Counted from the stretch's first letter, positions 39,133 through 49,211 are shown. The stretch is DNA of 64,000 bases from an uncultured bacterium (GCA_905216055.1 CAJMSH010000002.1:167079-231078), one strand, 5' to 3'. Notes: generated from the sequence alone by a model not told the origin. Numbers and translations are program-made.

Positions 39133-39792
39133 CTAATAAGTCATTTCCCAATTATCATTAAGGAGTTTGCCAAAGCAGCCCCAACCACTACCCTCAGCAC
39201 CTGCATTACATTGAGAATTAAACATGTTATTCCGTTCTTCTTCTGTCAATGGCGCATTACAACCTGCAATATTTGTATAATCATCGATTAAACCATTTTT
39301 ATAAACAGCAAAAAATATTAAATCTCTTCCTAAAATATTCGGACCACTTTTCCCATTAACATCAATACCAACATTAAGCAACTTATTTTTACCATCATTG
39401 GAATATGAAGGTCTTATTACCGCCCCACTGCTTAGAACAAAAGACTTGACATTTCTTTCATAACTACTATAAACAGTACCTTGTAAAGAATTATACTCAT
39501 CAGCAAAACAATCATCCATTGAATCACATTCTTTTACTATTTTAAAATATGATTTCATAAATGAATTTGTCTCATTTTGAGATACAAGCCCTGCCTCAGT
39601 TAAATTTAAAGCATTTTTATCATTTCTATATTTTAACAAAGCTTGCGAAAATTCATTATATACTTTATGCAACTGAGTTACATAACTCTTACGCTGATAA
39701 TTTTGCGTCAGCGTTGGAAGAGTCATTGCTGAAACAACCCCAATAATTCCTAAAGTGACCAATACCTCTGCTAAAGTGAATGCTCTTCTCAT
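39133..39792 (-). CDS. Prepilin-type N-terminal cleavage/methylation domain protein (type IV pilin/pseudopilin-like)
   Basis: 219 aa; MRRAFTLAEVLVTLGIIGVVSAMTLPTL... class III signal and hydrophobic helix. Confidence 0.8.
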   Translation of the reverse strand: MRRAFTLAEVLVTLGIIGVVSAMTLPTLTQNYQRKSYVTQLHKVYNEFSQALLKYRNDKNALNLTEAGLVSQNETNSFMKSYFKIVKECDSMDDCFADEYNSLQGTVYSSYERNVKSFVLSSGAVIRPSYSNDGKNKLLNVGIDVNGKSGPNILGRDLIFFAVYKNGLIDDYTNIAGCNAPLTEEERNNMFNSQCNAGAEGSGWGCFGKLLNDNWEMTY

Positions 39793-39951
39793 CTTTCCTC
39801 AATACAATTATAGACTTATTATAATAATTATAACAAATTCTGACATTTTTACAAGTCTTTATCAATTTATCAAGCATATTCATCTGTTTGGTCTAATATA
39901 AATTAAATTTCCTATGTTATAATTGCAACAACAAAAAAAGGAGAAATTATA

Positions 39952-41676
39952 ATGAGAGAGTTTGAATTTAATCTTTCTATGGAAGAATTAGAAAAACGTA
40001 CCAGCAAAGATTACTTAATGACAAAAAAGATGCTTAAATGTGATGCACCTGAATATTTAGAGCTTGCAGACGGCGATAAAGAAGCTCTTAAACATCTTGT
40101 TAAAGCTGCTTATATCTTAGAAAAAATCAATATGCAAATTGACTGCCATCACAACCTTGAATTCAAAGCGTTTTTAGAAGAAGAAATCAAAAAAGGAAAC
40201 AAACAAGCTGAACTTACAAAAATTCTTTTTGATGCGCAGAAAGGTATGAACGCAATAGATACAATGTCTAACAAAATTAATCTTGCAAAAGGAATAAAAG
40301 AATTCCCAGGTAAAGGCGTTTACCCTGAAGACTTGTCAAAAGAAGAGTTCCACAGCATTCTAACTAAAATGGTTAATGAAGGTAAAATTGATGAAGTCAA
40401 AAAAATATTAACTCAACGTTCAGTTGTTGAAAGAAAAGGCGATGAATTAATCGGAATAGATTATATTGATAAATTCAAAGATGATTTTTCAAAAATGGCT
40501 GATGAAATTGAAAAAGCATCAGAAACATCTACCAACGAAGATTTCAACGAATACTTAAAACTTCAAGCCAAAGCTCTTAGAAAAGCTGATCCAATGCTTG
40601 ATGCTTACGCAGATAAAAAATGGGCAACACTTCAAGACACCCCTCTTGAATTTACAATCACAAGAGAAAACTACGAAGACGAAATGACAGGAACAATTGT
40701 TGAAAATAAAGAACTTTCAGAACTTCTTGAAAAACACGGTATCAAAGCTACTCCAAAAGATTTTCTCGGCGGCAGAGTCGGAATTGTAAACAAAAAAGGA
40801 ACAGATGCTCTTATGGCAATAAAAAAATATCTTCCGACACTTGCAAAAAATATGCCTTATGCTGATGAGTATGAACAAAACATTAACCCTAACAGTGATG
40901 CAAAACAAACAATGGTTGATGTTGATTTGGTAGCTGTAACAGGAGATGTCGGCGCATATAGAGGCGGTATTACACTTGCAGAAAACTTACCGAATGATGA
41001 CAAATTGTCACTTACAATAGGTGGTGGCAGACGCAACGTTTACCATAGACAAATCCGTTTCATAAGCGATATGAAAAAGCTTCAAGAAAGATTAGATGCA
41101 ATCTTGGATAAAGACCAACACAAATATTATTTAGATGAAGCAGATCACTGGTTCACAATCGGACATGAAAATGCGCATTCTCTCGGACCTAAAAAAGCTT
41201 GTGAAACTCTTGGCAAATACAGAAATATTATTGAAGAAAACAAAGCCGATATGGGTTCTTTAGCATTTGTTGACTTATTGACAGAACTTGGGATGTACAC
41301 GGATGAACAAAGGAAACAAATTATTGTAACAACAGTTACAGACAATTTCTTAAAATCAAAACCGACTCTTAGCCAAGCTCACAGAGTCCGCACAGTAATG
41401 CAAAATAAATATTTTGCAGACCGCAAAGGCTATGAAATTATTGACGGGAAAATTCATGTAAATATCGACAAAGTAGTTCCTATTGCAAAAGAAATGCTTG
41501 CTGAAATTGTACGTATTCAAATTGATGGAAGCTTTGACAAAGCAGAAAAATACGTACTTGATAATTTTGTATGGACAGACAATATGGAATTTATTGCTCA
41601 AAAATTACAAAAAATAAGCAAAACATTAAATGGTAGAACAGAATCAGAACTTGCAGAAAAACTACTTAACGAATAA
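39952..41676 (+). CDS. Hypothetical protein with HExxH zinc-metallopeptidase-like motif (574 aa)
   Basis: WFTIGHENAHSLGP with downstream EENKAD (possible third ligand); no signal peptide; family not recognised. Confidence 0.5.
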   Translation: MREFEFNLSMEELEKRTSKDYLMTKKMLKCDAPEYLELADGDKEALKHLVKAAYILEKINMQIDCHHNLEFKAFLEEEIKKGNKQAELTKILFDAQKGMNAIDTMSNKINLAKGIKEFPGKGVYPEDLSKEEFHSILTKMVNEGKIDEVKKILTQRSVVERKGDELIGIDYIDKFKDDFSKMADEIEKASETSTNEDFNEYLKLQAKALRKADPMLDAYADKKWATLQDTPLEFTITRENYEDEMTGTIVENKELSELLEKHGIKATPKDFLGGRVGIVNKKGTDALMAIKKYLPTLAKNMPYADEYEQNINPNSDAKQTMVDVDLVAVTGDVGAYRGGITLAENLPNDDKLSLTIGGGRRNVYHRQIRFISDMKKLQERLDAILDKDQHKYYLDEADHWFTIGHENAHSLGPKKACETLGKYRNIIEENKADMGSLAFVDLLTELGMYTDEQRKQIIVTTVTDNFLKSKPTLSQAHRVRTVMQNKYFADRKGYEIIDGKIHVNIDKVVPIAKEMLAEIVRIQIDGSFDKAEKYVLDNFVWTDNMEFIAQKLQKISKTLNGRTESELAEKLLNE

Positions 41677-41707
41677 AATAAAAAATAAACTAATAAGCAA
41701 AATTCAA

Positions 41708-41741
41708 ACAAGGACAAACAAACTTTGTCCTTGTTTTTTAT
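41708..41741 (+). terminator. Rho-independent terminator
   Basis: acaaggacaaa / tttgtccttgt hairpin followed by ttttttatat. Confidence 0.7.
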
Positions 41742-41816
41742 ATTTCTTCAAATCTAAGCAATTTTTCTACCCAAAAAACGTTTATTAATACAAGGGATAT
41801 AACAAAGGGGATATTA

Positions 41817-42348
41817 TGGCAGAACCATTAAAAACAGTTGGGAATGTTTCAGTTTCAAGTTATCAATCATTTGATGGCTCAAATTTTACAGTTGCAGGAG
41901 CAGAACAAAAAATAAAATTAAATTAAATAAAGGTTATGTATCAACATTTGTTGGAGCCGGCACAAATTTCAAAAATGATGCAATGTTTGTTGTTGATTTA
42001 AAAGGTGGCTATAACTACGATAAAAAAGGGATTTTTAACCAAAATTTAAGAATAAGAAACAAAATGGGGGAAAACACAGAATCAACACAAATAAGATATT
42101 CCCCAATATCCGTTGATGTACCTGTAAGCAAAAATACGAATATTTACATAAATCCTCACTATTCAGGGCAATATGACTACAAAAAAGACAAATGGACAAA
42201 CAGTGTTGGAGCATTTGCAGGGGTTTCTCAAAAAATCAATGATAACACCACAATATCACTAGAAGGAGAAAGATATAACCTTCAAGATATTAAAGATAAC
42301 AGTGGGAAAAACTGGAGTATTAACGCAATTGTATCTTACAAATTTTAG
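41817..42348 (+). pseudogene. OMP-like beta-barrel fragment gene split by a frameshift in an A6 tract (41907-41912)
   Basis: ORF A (MAEPLKTV...AGAEQKIKLN*) and ORF B (41983-42348, ends ...NAIVSYKF with aromatic C-terminus) are joined in-frame by adding one A to the A6 run. Confidence 0.45.
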
Positions 42349-43127
42349 TTTTTAATTTCGTGCTGGAAAGCCCAAGCAGAGTGATTGTGAATACTTTCAA
42401 AAGCTTCACATTCAACCTCAAACTCTTTAATAATCGGATGATTTCTTAGTTTAACAACAACATCACGCAATACATCCTCAACAAACTTTGGATTATCCCA
42501 AGCTTTTTCAGTCACAAATTTTTCATCTTCTCGCTTTAATAAAGGATAAACAGGACAAGAAGAACAACCCTCAATCAAATCAATTAAATCTTCAATCCAA
42601 ACCTGTTCGCTCTCATCATAAGAAACTTTAACCTTTATAAAAGCTCTTTGGTTATGCGCACCGTTATCAGAAATCTCCTTAGAGCAAGGACAAAGCGTAG
42701 TAACGGGAACTACAACTCCAAGAATAAACTTGTAATCCCCGTTTTCAATACGTCCTTCAAAAAGACATTCGTAACTCATAGGAGCTGACAATCCTGTTAC
42801 AGGCGATTTTTTATCGATAAAATAAGTAAACTTAAATTCCAATTCACCGCTTTGAGCATCAAGGTTATTTATAATTTTTTCTAAACAACCTTTTATATCA
42901 ACACCTAACAGGTTTTTATTTTTCCACTCAGCAAGTACCTCAACGAATCTTGACATGTGAGTTCCCTTATAATCCCTTGGCAAAGAAACATTTACCCTTG
43001 CCTTTGCACAAACAACTTGATTAGAATTGTTTTTACGCTGAATTATAAGAGGCAGTTCAAGATTTTTTATACCTACCTTTTGAATATCAACATTCCTATT
43101 ATCTTTTAAGTTTTGAATATCTTTCAT
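42345..43127 (-). CDS. folE2: GTP cyclohydrolase FolE2/MptA (type 2 GTP cyclohydrolase I)
   Basis: 260 aa; conserved TTLCPCSKEIS and ESIHNHSA motifs. Confidence 0.85.
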   Translation of the reverse strand: MKDIQNLKDNRNVDIQKVGIKNLELPLIIQRKNNSNQVVCAKARVNVSLPRDYKGTHMSRFVEVLAEWKNKNLLGVDIKGCLEKIINNLDAQSGELEFKFTYFIDKKSPVTGLSAPMSYECLFEGRIENGDYKFILGVVVPVTTLCPCSKEISDNGAHNQRAFIKVKVSYDESEQVWIEDLIDLIEGCSSCPVYPLLKREDEKFVTEKAWDNPKFVEDVLRDVVVKLRNHPIIKEFEVECEAFESIHNHSAWAFQHEIKN

Positions 43128-43232
43128 AATTTATTGTTAAAATTTCTTAATAATTGAACATAAAAATAGCAATTTTTTATTACATCCGTACTTTATATAA
43201 ATATAAAGCTCTCTCTTCTTATTTAAACGGAT

Positions 43233-43268
43233 AGGCCTTGAATATAAATATCAAGGTCTTTTTTTTAT
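43233..43268 (+). terminator. Strong plus-strand intrinsic terminator with no plus-strand gene upstream
   Basis: aggccttga / tcaaggtct hairpin followed by T8. Confidence 0.6.
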
Positions 43269-43270
43269 GC

Positions 43271-43756
43271 TTATTTTTTATCTTCGGCAGTTGCTTTATC
43301 TAACAAAGCTCTAATTCTTAAATATCTATCTAATTCAATTCTAAATTTTTTCAAATTATGATAGAAATTGTTTGACATTAAAACTCTGTTATCATATTTC
43401 GGATCTAGGATATAAACAGTTGGGAAACCTGAAATACCAACATCATCAATTAAATTTTTATATCTTTCATCTTCAACATTAATCATTACAAAATTATATT
43501 TATTTTTATAAATAGAACTCAAAGCTTTATATTTTGGCATAAATTTCATACAATATCCGCACCAATCAGCATAAAATAAAGCAAGCATTGGTTTGTCAGA
43601 AACAGTAGCTTTCTCATAAGTAATACCGATTTTGTAATCTGACGGATGTTTTGGTGTATTCATTGCTGCAACTGCAAAGCCTACAACAGATGAAACAGCC
43701 ATTGCAATAATAATTCCTAAAGTAATAATTAATTTTTTCTTCATAATATCCTCCAT
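43271..43756 (-). CDS. Membrane-anchored thioredoxin-family protein
   Basis: 161 aa; N-terminal TM helix; WCGYC active site. Confidence 0.75.
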   Translation of the reverse strand: MEDIMKKKLIITLGIIIAMAVSSVVGFAVAAMNTPKHPSDYKIGITYEKATVSDKPMLALFYADWCGYCMKFMPKYKALSSIYKNKYNFVMINVEDERYKNLIDDVGISGFPTVYILDPKYDNRVLMSNNFYHNLKKFRIELDRYLRIRALLDKATAEDKK

Positions 43757-43938
43757 TACAATTATTATACAATAAAACTTTTGTCTGACAAATTATTAAA
43801 ATCCGAAATAAAACTTTACATAAATGTTTAAGAAAGTATATATTATGGTATATACTTAATATATACTATAATATTGAAGTATATAATCTCTGTGTATCGT
43901 CTTGTGTTCCCCAAAATAACGAAGGAGTTTAAATAGGT

Positions 43939-44838
43939 ATGAAAAACAATTTACCCGTCAAAATGAAAAAAGCCGGACAATTATCAAATCCATCAAAAAA
44001 CGAAATTTTAGACGGTTCAAATGACAGCGTGTTATCTAATTATCTGAGAGAAATTGCTGATTACAGATCACTTACACCGTCTGAAGAAAAAGAATTAGCA
44101 AAAAGAGCAAAGAATGGTGATGAAGAAGCAAAAAAAAAGCTTATTAATGCAAATTTGAAACTTGTAATTACAATTGCAAAAAAAGCAATCCACATGTCAA
44201 ACCTTCCTATGACAGATTTAATTCAGGAAGGAAATTTAGGCTTAATGATTGCGGCTGAAAAATTCAACTACAAACTTGGTTACAAATTTGCAACTTATGC
44301 AAGCTGGTGGATTAAACAATCAATGTTTAAAGCAATTTCTGAGCAATCACATTGCATGAAAATTCCTGTATATATTCAAGAAACCTTATCAAGATTTTCA
44401 AAACTTAAACATCAAATGGAACGTGAAAATAATTGTTATGTAAAAAATGAAGATGTTGCAAAAAGAATGAATATTTCATCAGATAAAATTGATTTGTTTT
44501 TAAACGCATATTCAAAAACAATTTCAATTGAAAGCAGTATGGAAAACAACAACGGCAAAGAAATGAATATTGCAGATATTCTTGAAGACAAAAAAGCATC
44601 TGCAACAGATAACGCAGAATACGAAGATTTAAAAACAGACATTTTGAATGTAATTTCAACATTAAAAGAACGTGAACAAGAAGTTGTAAAAATGCGTTAT
44701 GGTCTTGAAGGCGATGAGAAAAAGACTCTTGAAGAAATCGGTAATATTTATGGAGTCACAAAAGAATGTATAAGACAAACAGAATTAAGAGCATTGAAAA
44801 AAATGAGATTCTCCGTGTTAGGTCAATATGTTGACTAA
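43939..44838 (+). CDS. Sigma-70 family sigma factor, group 1/2-like (RpoD/SigA-related, short form)
   Basis: 299 aa; region 2 DLIQEGNLGLMIAAEKFNYKLGYKFATYASWWIKQSM, region 4 HTH TLEEIGNIYGVTKECIRQTELRALKKMR. Confidence 0.75.
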   Translation: MKNNLPVKMKKAGQLSNPSKNEILDGSNDSVLSNYLREIADYRSLTPSEEKELAKRAKNGDEEAKKKLINANLKLVITIAKKAIHMSNLPMTDLIQEGNLGLMIAAEKFNYKLGYKFATYASWWIKQSMFKAISEQSHCMKIPVYIQETLSRFSKLKHQMERENNCYVKNEDVAKRMNISSDKIDLFLNAYSKTISIESSMENNNGKEMNIADILEDKKASATDNAEYEDLKTDILNVISTLKEREQEVVKMRYGLEGDEKKTLEEIGNIYGVTKECIRQTELRALKKMRFSVLGQYVD

Positions 44839-44883
44839 GTGTGTACTATTTATTTTATTTTGTGTTTAACTGAAAAGTTTTTA

Positions 44884-44932
44884 AAAGGAGGTATTTTTTA
44901 ACCTCCTTTATTTATATTCATATAAATAAAGG
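44884..44932 (+). terminator. Tandem hairpins (terminator) after the sigma factor gene
   Basis: aaggaggt/acctcctt stem followed by tttatttatat/atataaataaa stem. Confidence 0.6.
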
Positions 44933-44967
44933 TATACTTTTTTATAAAAATCATTAAAATATAAAGT

Positions 44968-45501
44968 ATGAGAAAGGCTTTTACAATCTTATTAATTTTG
45001 CTTTTTGCAACTGTAAATATCGCAGTTGCAGAAGATGATTTGTGGGACAATTACGGAGATACAAACGTTTACGGGCAAAAGCCGGTTAGTGATGAAGAAT
45101 TTCAAAAAGCATTAGAAAGTAAAAAAGGAAAACCCAAACGAGATAAAAATATTCCGAAAGGCGAAAACTTTTCACAAAGTAACGAAACAGAAGCTCTCAA
45201 TTCAACTGCAAAAGAGCCTCAAATTTTACTTATTCCGCTTGAATTAAAAATCGGCGAAGATACAGTTATCCCTCCGGGACACTATGAAGTCGAAGGAGTA
45301 AAAGAAAACGGGAAACCATATCTGAAATTATATCAATCACACTATATGATTGCAAAGCTTCCTGCAACAGAAACAAATGACGATTTTGGAGAACCTACGA
45401 TAAATTTTGTAAAACTTATACCCCATGGGGATTATCACGTACAAATTATATTCGGTAGTATTGATTTTAACGCATATTCAGTAATTGACATTGCCGGTTA
45501 A
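44968..45501 (+). CDS. Secreted hypothetical protein (177 aa)
   Basis: Signal peptide MRKAFTILLILLFATVNIAVA. Confidence 0.45.
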   Translation: MRKAFTILLILLFATVNIAVAEDDLWDNYGDTNVYGQKPVSDEEFQKALESKKGKPKRDKNIPKGENFSQSNETEALNSTAKEPQILLIPLELKIGEDTVIPPGHYEVEGVKENGKPYLKLYQSHYMIAKLPATETNDDFGEPTINFVKLIPHGDYHVQIIFGSIDFNAYSVIDIAG

Positions 45502-45503
45502 GA

Positions 45504-46721
45504 TTGATAAAATTAACTTGTACTGAAGGGGTAAAAATTATGAAAAGAGCAATAGTAATGGTGATAGATTCTATGGGAACAGGTGCAATGCCTGATTGCC
45601 AAGAATTTAATGACACACCGAAATGTAACACATTAAAACACGTATGTGAATTTAACAACGGATTAAATGTTCCTAATATGGAAAAAATGGGACTTGGAAA
45701 TATCCAAGATTACGAAGGGATAAAAAAAGTTGATAATCCGACAGCTCAATATGGGATTATGGAAGAAAAATCAAAAGGCAAAGATACAACAACAGGTCAC
45801 TGGGAGATGGCAGGTTTGGTATCAGACAGACCTTTTGCAACTTTCCCGAACGGGTTTCCTGATGAATTAATACAAGAATTTATAAAACAAACAAATTGTG
45901 GTGGCGTACTTGCAAATATTCCTGCAAGTGGAACTGCAATTATCACAGAATTGAATGAAGAACATCACAAAACAAAATTTCCGATTGTATATACAAGTGC
46001 TGACAGCGTTTTTCAAATTGCGCTTGATACAGATTTAATTCCACTTGAAACACTATACAAATGGTGCGAAATTGCAAGAAAAATATTGGATGAAGGTAAT
46101 TGGAATGTCTCAAGAGTAATTGCTCGTCCGTATAAAATTATTGACGGAAAGCCAACCAGAATTTCAAAAGACAGAAGAGATTATTCAATGGTCCCAGCAC
46201 ATACAGTCTTAAACGAAATAAAAGACAAAGGCGGAAAAGTTATTGGCATAGGCAAAATTGAAGATATATTCTCAAAATCAGGTATAACACATGCTATTCA
46301 CACAGGCTCTAACAAAGAAGGACTTGAATTAACACTTAAAGCAGTTAAAAATGAACTTGATTTAGATAAAATTGCTTATCCATCATCACATAATAAAACC
46401 TTTAATGATAAAACATTTATATTCACAAATCTTGTGGATACCGATATGTTATACGGACACAGAAATGATGCAAAAGGCTACGGAAAAGCTATTGAAGAAA
46501 TAGATACATACGTTGATGATATTATAAATTCAATGAATGATGATGATTTGTTAATAATTACGGCTGACCACGGTTGCGACCCGACAGTTGAAGGAACAGA
46601 TCATACAAGAGAATATGTGCCAATCCTTGTTTATCACAAAAATATAAAAGGCGAAAACCTCGGTATGATAAAAGGTTTTGACTATATTTCAAATAGAATT
46701 AAACAATGGCTTAATATTTAA
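45504..46721 (+). CDS. deoB: Phosphopentomutase
   Basis: 405 aa; MKRAIVMVIDSMGTGAMPD N-terminus and metal-binding TADHGCDP. Confidence 0.9.
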   Translation: MIKLTCTEGVKIMKRAIVMVIDSMGTGAMPDCQEFNDTPKCNTLKHVCEFNNGLNVPNMEKMGLGNIQDYEGIKKVDNPTAQYGIMEEKSKGKDTTTGHWEMAGLVSDRPFATFPNGFPDELIQEFIKQTNCGGVLANIPASGTAIITELNEEHHKTKFPIVYTSADSVFQIALDTDLIPLETLYKWCEIARKILDEGNWNVSRVIARPYKIIDGKPTRISKDRRDYSMVPAHTVLNEIKDKGGKVIGIGKIEDIFSKSGITHAIHTGSNKEGLELTLKAVKNELDLDKIAYPSSHNKTFNDKTFIFTNLVDTDMLYGHRNDAKGYGKAIEEIDTYVDDIINSMNDDDLLIITADHGCDPTVEGTDHTREYVPILVYHKNIKGENLGMIKGFDYISNRIKQWLNI

Positions 46722-46811
46722 AAAGTATAATTGAAATTTTAAAAGTTTTATATTATAATTTTTTAGGTGAAGGAATTCACACTGTATTTAAAATATAAGG
46801 AGAAAGTAAAA

Positions 46812-46988
46812 TGACAGTAAAAGTAAATGATTCTTGTATCGGATGCGGCGCTTGCGAATCAATTTGTGACGCAGTATTTTCAGTAGACGGTGTTGCTCAA
46901 GTTGATGAAGCAGCAGTTGCAGATAATATGGATTGTGTAAAAGAAGCAGCAGAAGCTTGCCCAGTATCAGCAATCGAAGTTGAATAAT
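46812..46988 (+). CDS. fdx: Small 4Fe-4S ferredoxin (58 aa), below the ORF-track length cutoff
   Basis: Hand translation MTVKVNDSCIGCGACESICDAVFSVDGVAQVDEAAVADNMDCVKEAAEACPVSAIEVE; RBS aaggagaaagtaaaATG; CxxCxxC...CP pattern. Confidence 0.8.
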
Positions 46989-47015
46989 TTTAAACAATTT
47001 AATTTAATAAAAAAT

Positions 47016-47058
47016 AAACCGTTTGTATATTATGTACAAACGGTTTATTTTATTTATT
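47016..47058 (+). terminator. Bidirectional terminator
   Basis: aaaccgtttgta / tacaaacggttt hairpin with flanking A/T tracts. Confidence 0.65.
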
Positions 47059-47578
47059 CTTTATAATCACACACAAATACAATTTTTTGTTTTTTATCTG
47101 ATTTCATCACTGATTTGCTATCAAGAGGAATTAAATTACCCTCAGCATCCAAATTACCTTCAATGGTGCAAACAAATTTATCAGAAATCTCACCCTTTGA
47201 AGATTGAGTCTGTTCAGATGAATTATTACTGATAGCTTCTCTTTGATTTGATTCAAGCTCTCTAATTCTTATATTAAATTCAGTTTCAAGCCGTCTTATT
47301 CTATTACTCAAATCCAGCACATCGCGTTCTGTTACATTTCCAACAGAATTATTATAATCTTCACTATCAGGAGCATGTCTTTCTTCCCTGTTTTGATAAT
47401 CTGATGAATTTTGAGGATTATTTTTATTTCCTACCTTATAACTGTCAATTATCATAGGAGTGCTAATAATCATGATGACACCAAGCACAATTACAGAAAT
47501 AATTGCATAACCCATATTCGACATAGCATTTCTTTTTTGCATAAAAACTACCTTTTCTTCACTACACAGGAATTTCAC
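47054..47578 (-). CDS. Membrane-anchored coiled-coil hypothetical protein
   Basis: 174 aa (GTG start per track; internal ATGs possible); TM helix YAIISVIVLGVIMIISTPMII and RIRRLETEFNIRIRELE coiled coil. Confidence 0.45.
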   Translation of the reverse strand: MKFLCSEEKVVFMQKRNAMSNMGYAIISVIVLGVIMIISTPMIIDSYKVGNKNNPQNSSDYQNREERHAPDSEDYNNSVGNVTERDVLDLSNRIRRLETEFNIRIRELESNQREAISNNSSEQTQSSKGEISDKFVCTIEGNLDAEGNLIPLDSKSVMKSDKKQKIVFVCDYKE

Positions 47579-49211
47579 TTATAACTGAATTTAAAGCTTC
47601 CAAAGCATCTGCAGGAAGTTTATCACGACCTGCTTTTTCAGTTTCACGAGATTTTACAAACTCAATTCTATCATTCATACGAGCCTTGAATTGCTTTGCA
47701 TAATCCGCATTAGAAAAAGATGTATCTAACCCTTCAATATCCATAATTTGAATATCTGAGAAATTTTCCCACTTATGGAACTTTGCATTTCCTTCAACTA
47801 TAGCTTCTATAATAGCTAAAGTCGTTTCTTTTTTAACTTTTGTTCCCATATAATCTCCTGTATTCAAGATATAGCAATCTACACCATCAGAGATTAATTT
47901 TTTAAACCTTTCATAATCAACAGAAAGCGGATAAACTCTGAATGGATTTGCATAAGGTTCTACAACCAAGGCATTTGGATCAACCCCTTTAGCAAGCCTC
48001 TCTGCAGAAGATCTTTTAGTCGCCAGAGTAGCGCCCATTGCAGAACCTAAGGAAGGTCCAGACAGCTTTAAAACAGGTGGAATTGTAGGATCTTTCATAA
48101 GCCAAAATATAGCGTTTATCGGCTCATCAATTCTATCAACCCTATTAGGCGACCAGAGTTTTGATTTAACTGCACGTCCGTTTCCGTTTCTGATATCTTC
48201 TGTAACAGATACAATCTTACCGTCAGGGAAAGCTATTGCACCTGCATTTTGCTGAGTTAAAATAAATTTATTATCTTCACTTCCGATTGGATAATCTGCA
48301 GTTTTATCAAAATAAGCAGGTTCCAATGCAATAGAATATTTTTTATCTACATTTATTATAAAAGCATCATCGTGTAAAACTGTAATATTGAATTTGTTAC
48401 CATGTTTTGCATGAGTAATAGTAGATTTACCTGAGCCTGAAAGGCCAAACACTGCTGTTCTAAAAGATTTCCCATCTCCAAGATTGTAACGTTTCATACC
48501 ACCGTGGCAAGAGGCATAACCGTTACGAGAAGCACAACCCCAAGCAAGAGTTAAAGTACCTTTTTTATGTTCCCCAAAATATCGCATACCTAAAATTGCT
48601 GCACAATTATGTTCCGGATCAAAGAAGGTCAAACCGTATGGGAAATCAGGATGTGACCAATCAGGATCTGAGAATACAAAAATATCTCCTTCATCAATAT
48701 TTCTTGAATCTGAATATAATTCTGCATAAACTTCATTTATATATTGAAAATTCAGCATCCAACTATATAAAATATTTTCAAAACCTTCAGGAATAAGCAA
48801 ATGCGCTTTTACCATAAAATCTTTGTCAAGTCCGATTAGCGCTTCTGTTCTATACATTAGCCTGTCTCTTGTACGGTAAATTGCTTCTCTTATAACAGGC
48901 AACAAAACTTGTAAATCACAATCAGGATCACCAACAATATTTCTTGCCGCAGCACATCTTCCAACGACAGCGCCATCATTAAATAAAAGCTGATTAGCTC
49001 CCTTTGGCAATCCGATTTTTTCAGGTTCATAAACAGGCATACCTGTCAACTCAATAGTCCCGGGACTATTTTTTGCCAATTTATAAGCTTCCGCAACTGT
49101 TTTTATCTCCTCAACATTATTTCCAAAAAACGGAGCAATAATAGTCGCCCTCGCTGCAGACATAAGCTTTTTTAAGTCCTCAGAAGTTGAAAAAAATTCT
49201 TTTGTAGCCAT
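47562..49211 (-). CDS. pckA: Phosphoenolpyruvate carboxykinase (ATP)-family protein, divergent
   Basis: 549 aa; RYFGEHKKG, kinase-1a AVFGLSGSGKST, and HDDAFI region parallel to PckA motifs YGGEMKKG / FFGLSGTGKTT / IGDDEHGW. Confidence 0.6.
   Translation of the reverse strand: MATKEFFSTSEDLKKLMSAARATIIAPFFGNNVEEIKTVAEAYKLAKNSPGTIELTGMPVYEPEKIGLPKGANQLLFNDGAVVGRCAAARNIVGDPDCDLQVLLPVIREAIYRTRDRLMYRTEALIGLDKDFMVKAHLLIPEGFENILYSWMLNFQYINEVYAELYSDSRNIDEGDIFVFSDPDWSHPDFPYGLTFFDPEHNCAAILGMRYFGEHKKGTLTLAWGCASRNGYASCHGGMKRYNLGDGKSFRTAVFGLSGSGKSTITHAKHGNKFNITVLHDDAFIINVDKKYSIALEPAYFDKTADYPIGSEDNKFILTQQNAGAIAFPDGKIVSVTEDIRNGNGRAVKSKLWSPNRVDRIDEPINAIFWLMKDPTIPPVLKLSGPSLGSAMGATLATKRSSAERLAKGVDPNALVVEPYANPFRVYPLSVDYERFKKLISDGVDCYILNTGDYMGTKVKKETTLAIIEAIVEGNAKFHKWENFSDIQIMDIEGLDTSFSNADYAKQFKARMNDRIEFVKSRETEKAGRDKLPADALEALNSVISEIPV

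Noticed and set aside
43757-43938. Multiple TATA-rich inverted repeats (agtatatat / atatatact) upstream of the group 1/2 sigma gene.
   Set aside because: The region is extremely AT-rich. Short palindromes of this kind are expected by chance, so this is treated as an ordinary promoter region.
47054-47578. Exact start of the coiled-coil membrane protein (the track uses GTG and overlaps the pckA-like gene by 17 nt).
   Set aside because: Several in-frame ATGs lie downstream, and the true start cannot be resolved from sequence alone. The gene is kept with the track coordinates at low confidence.
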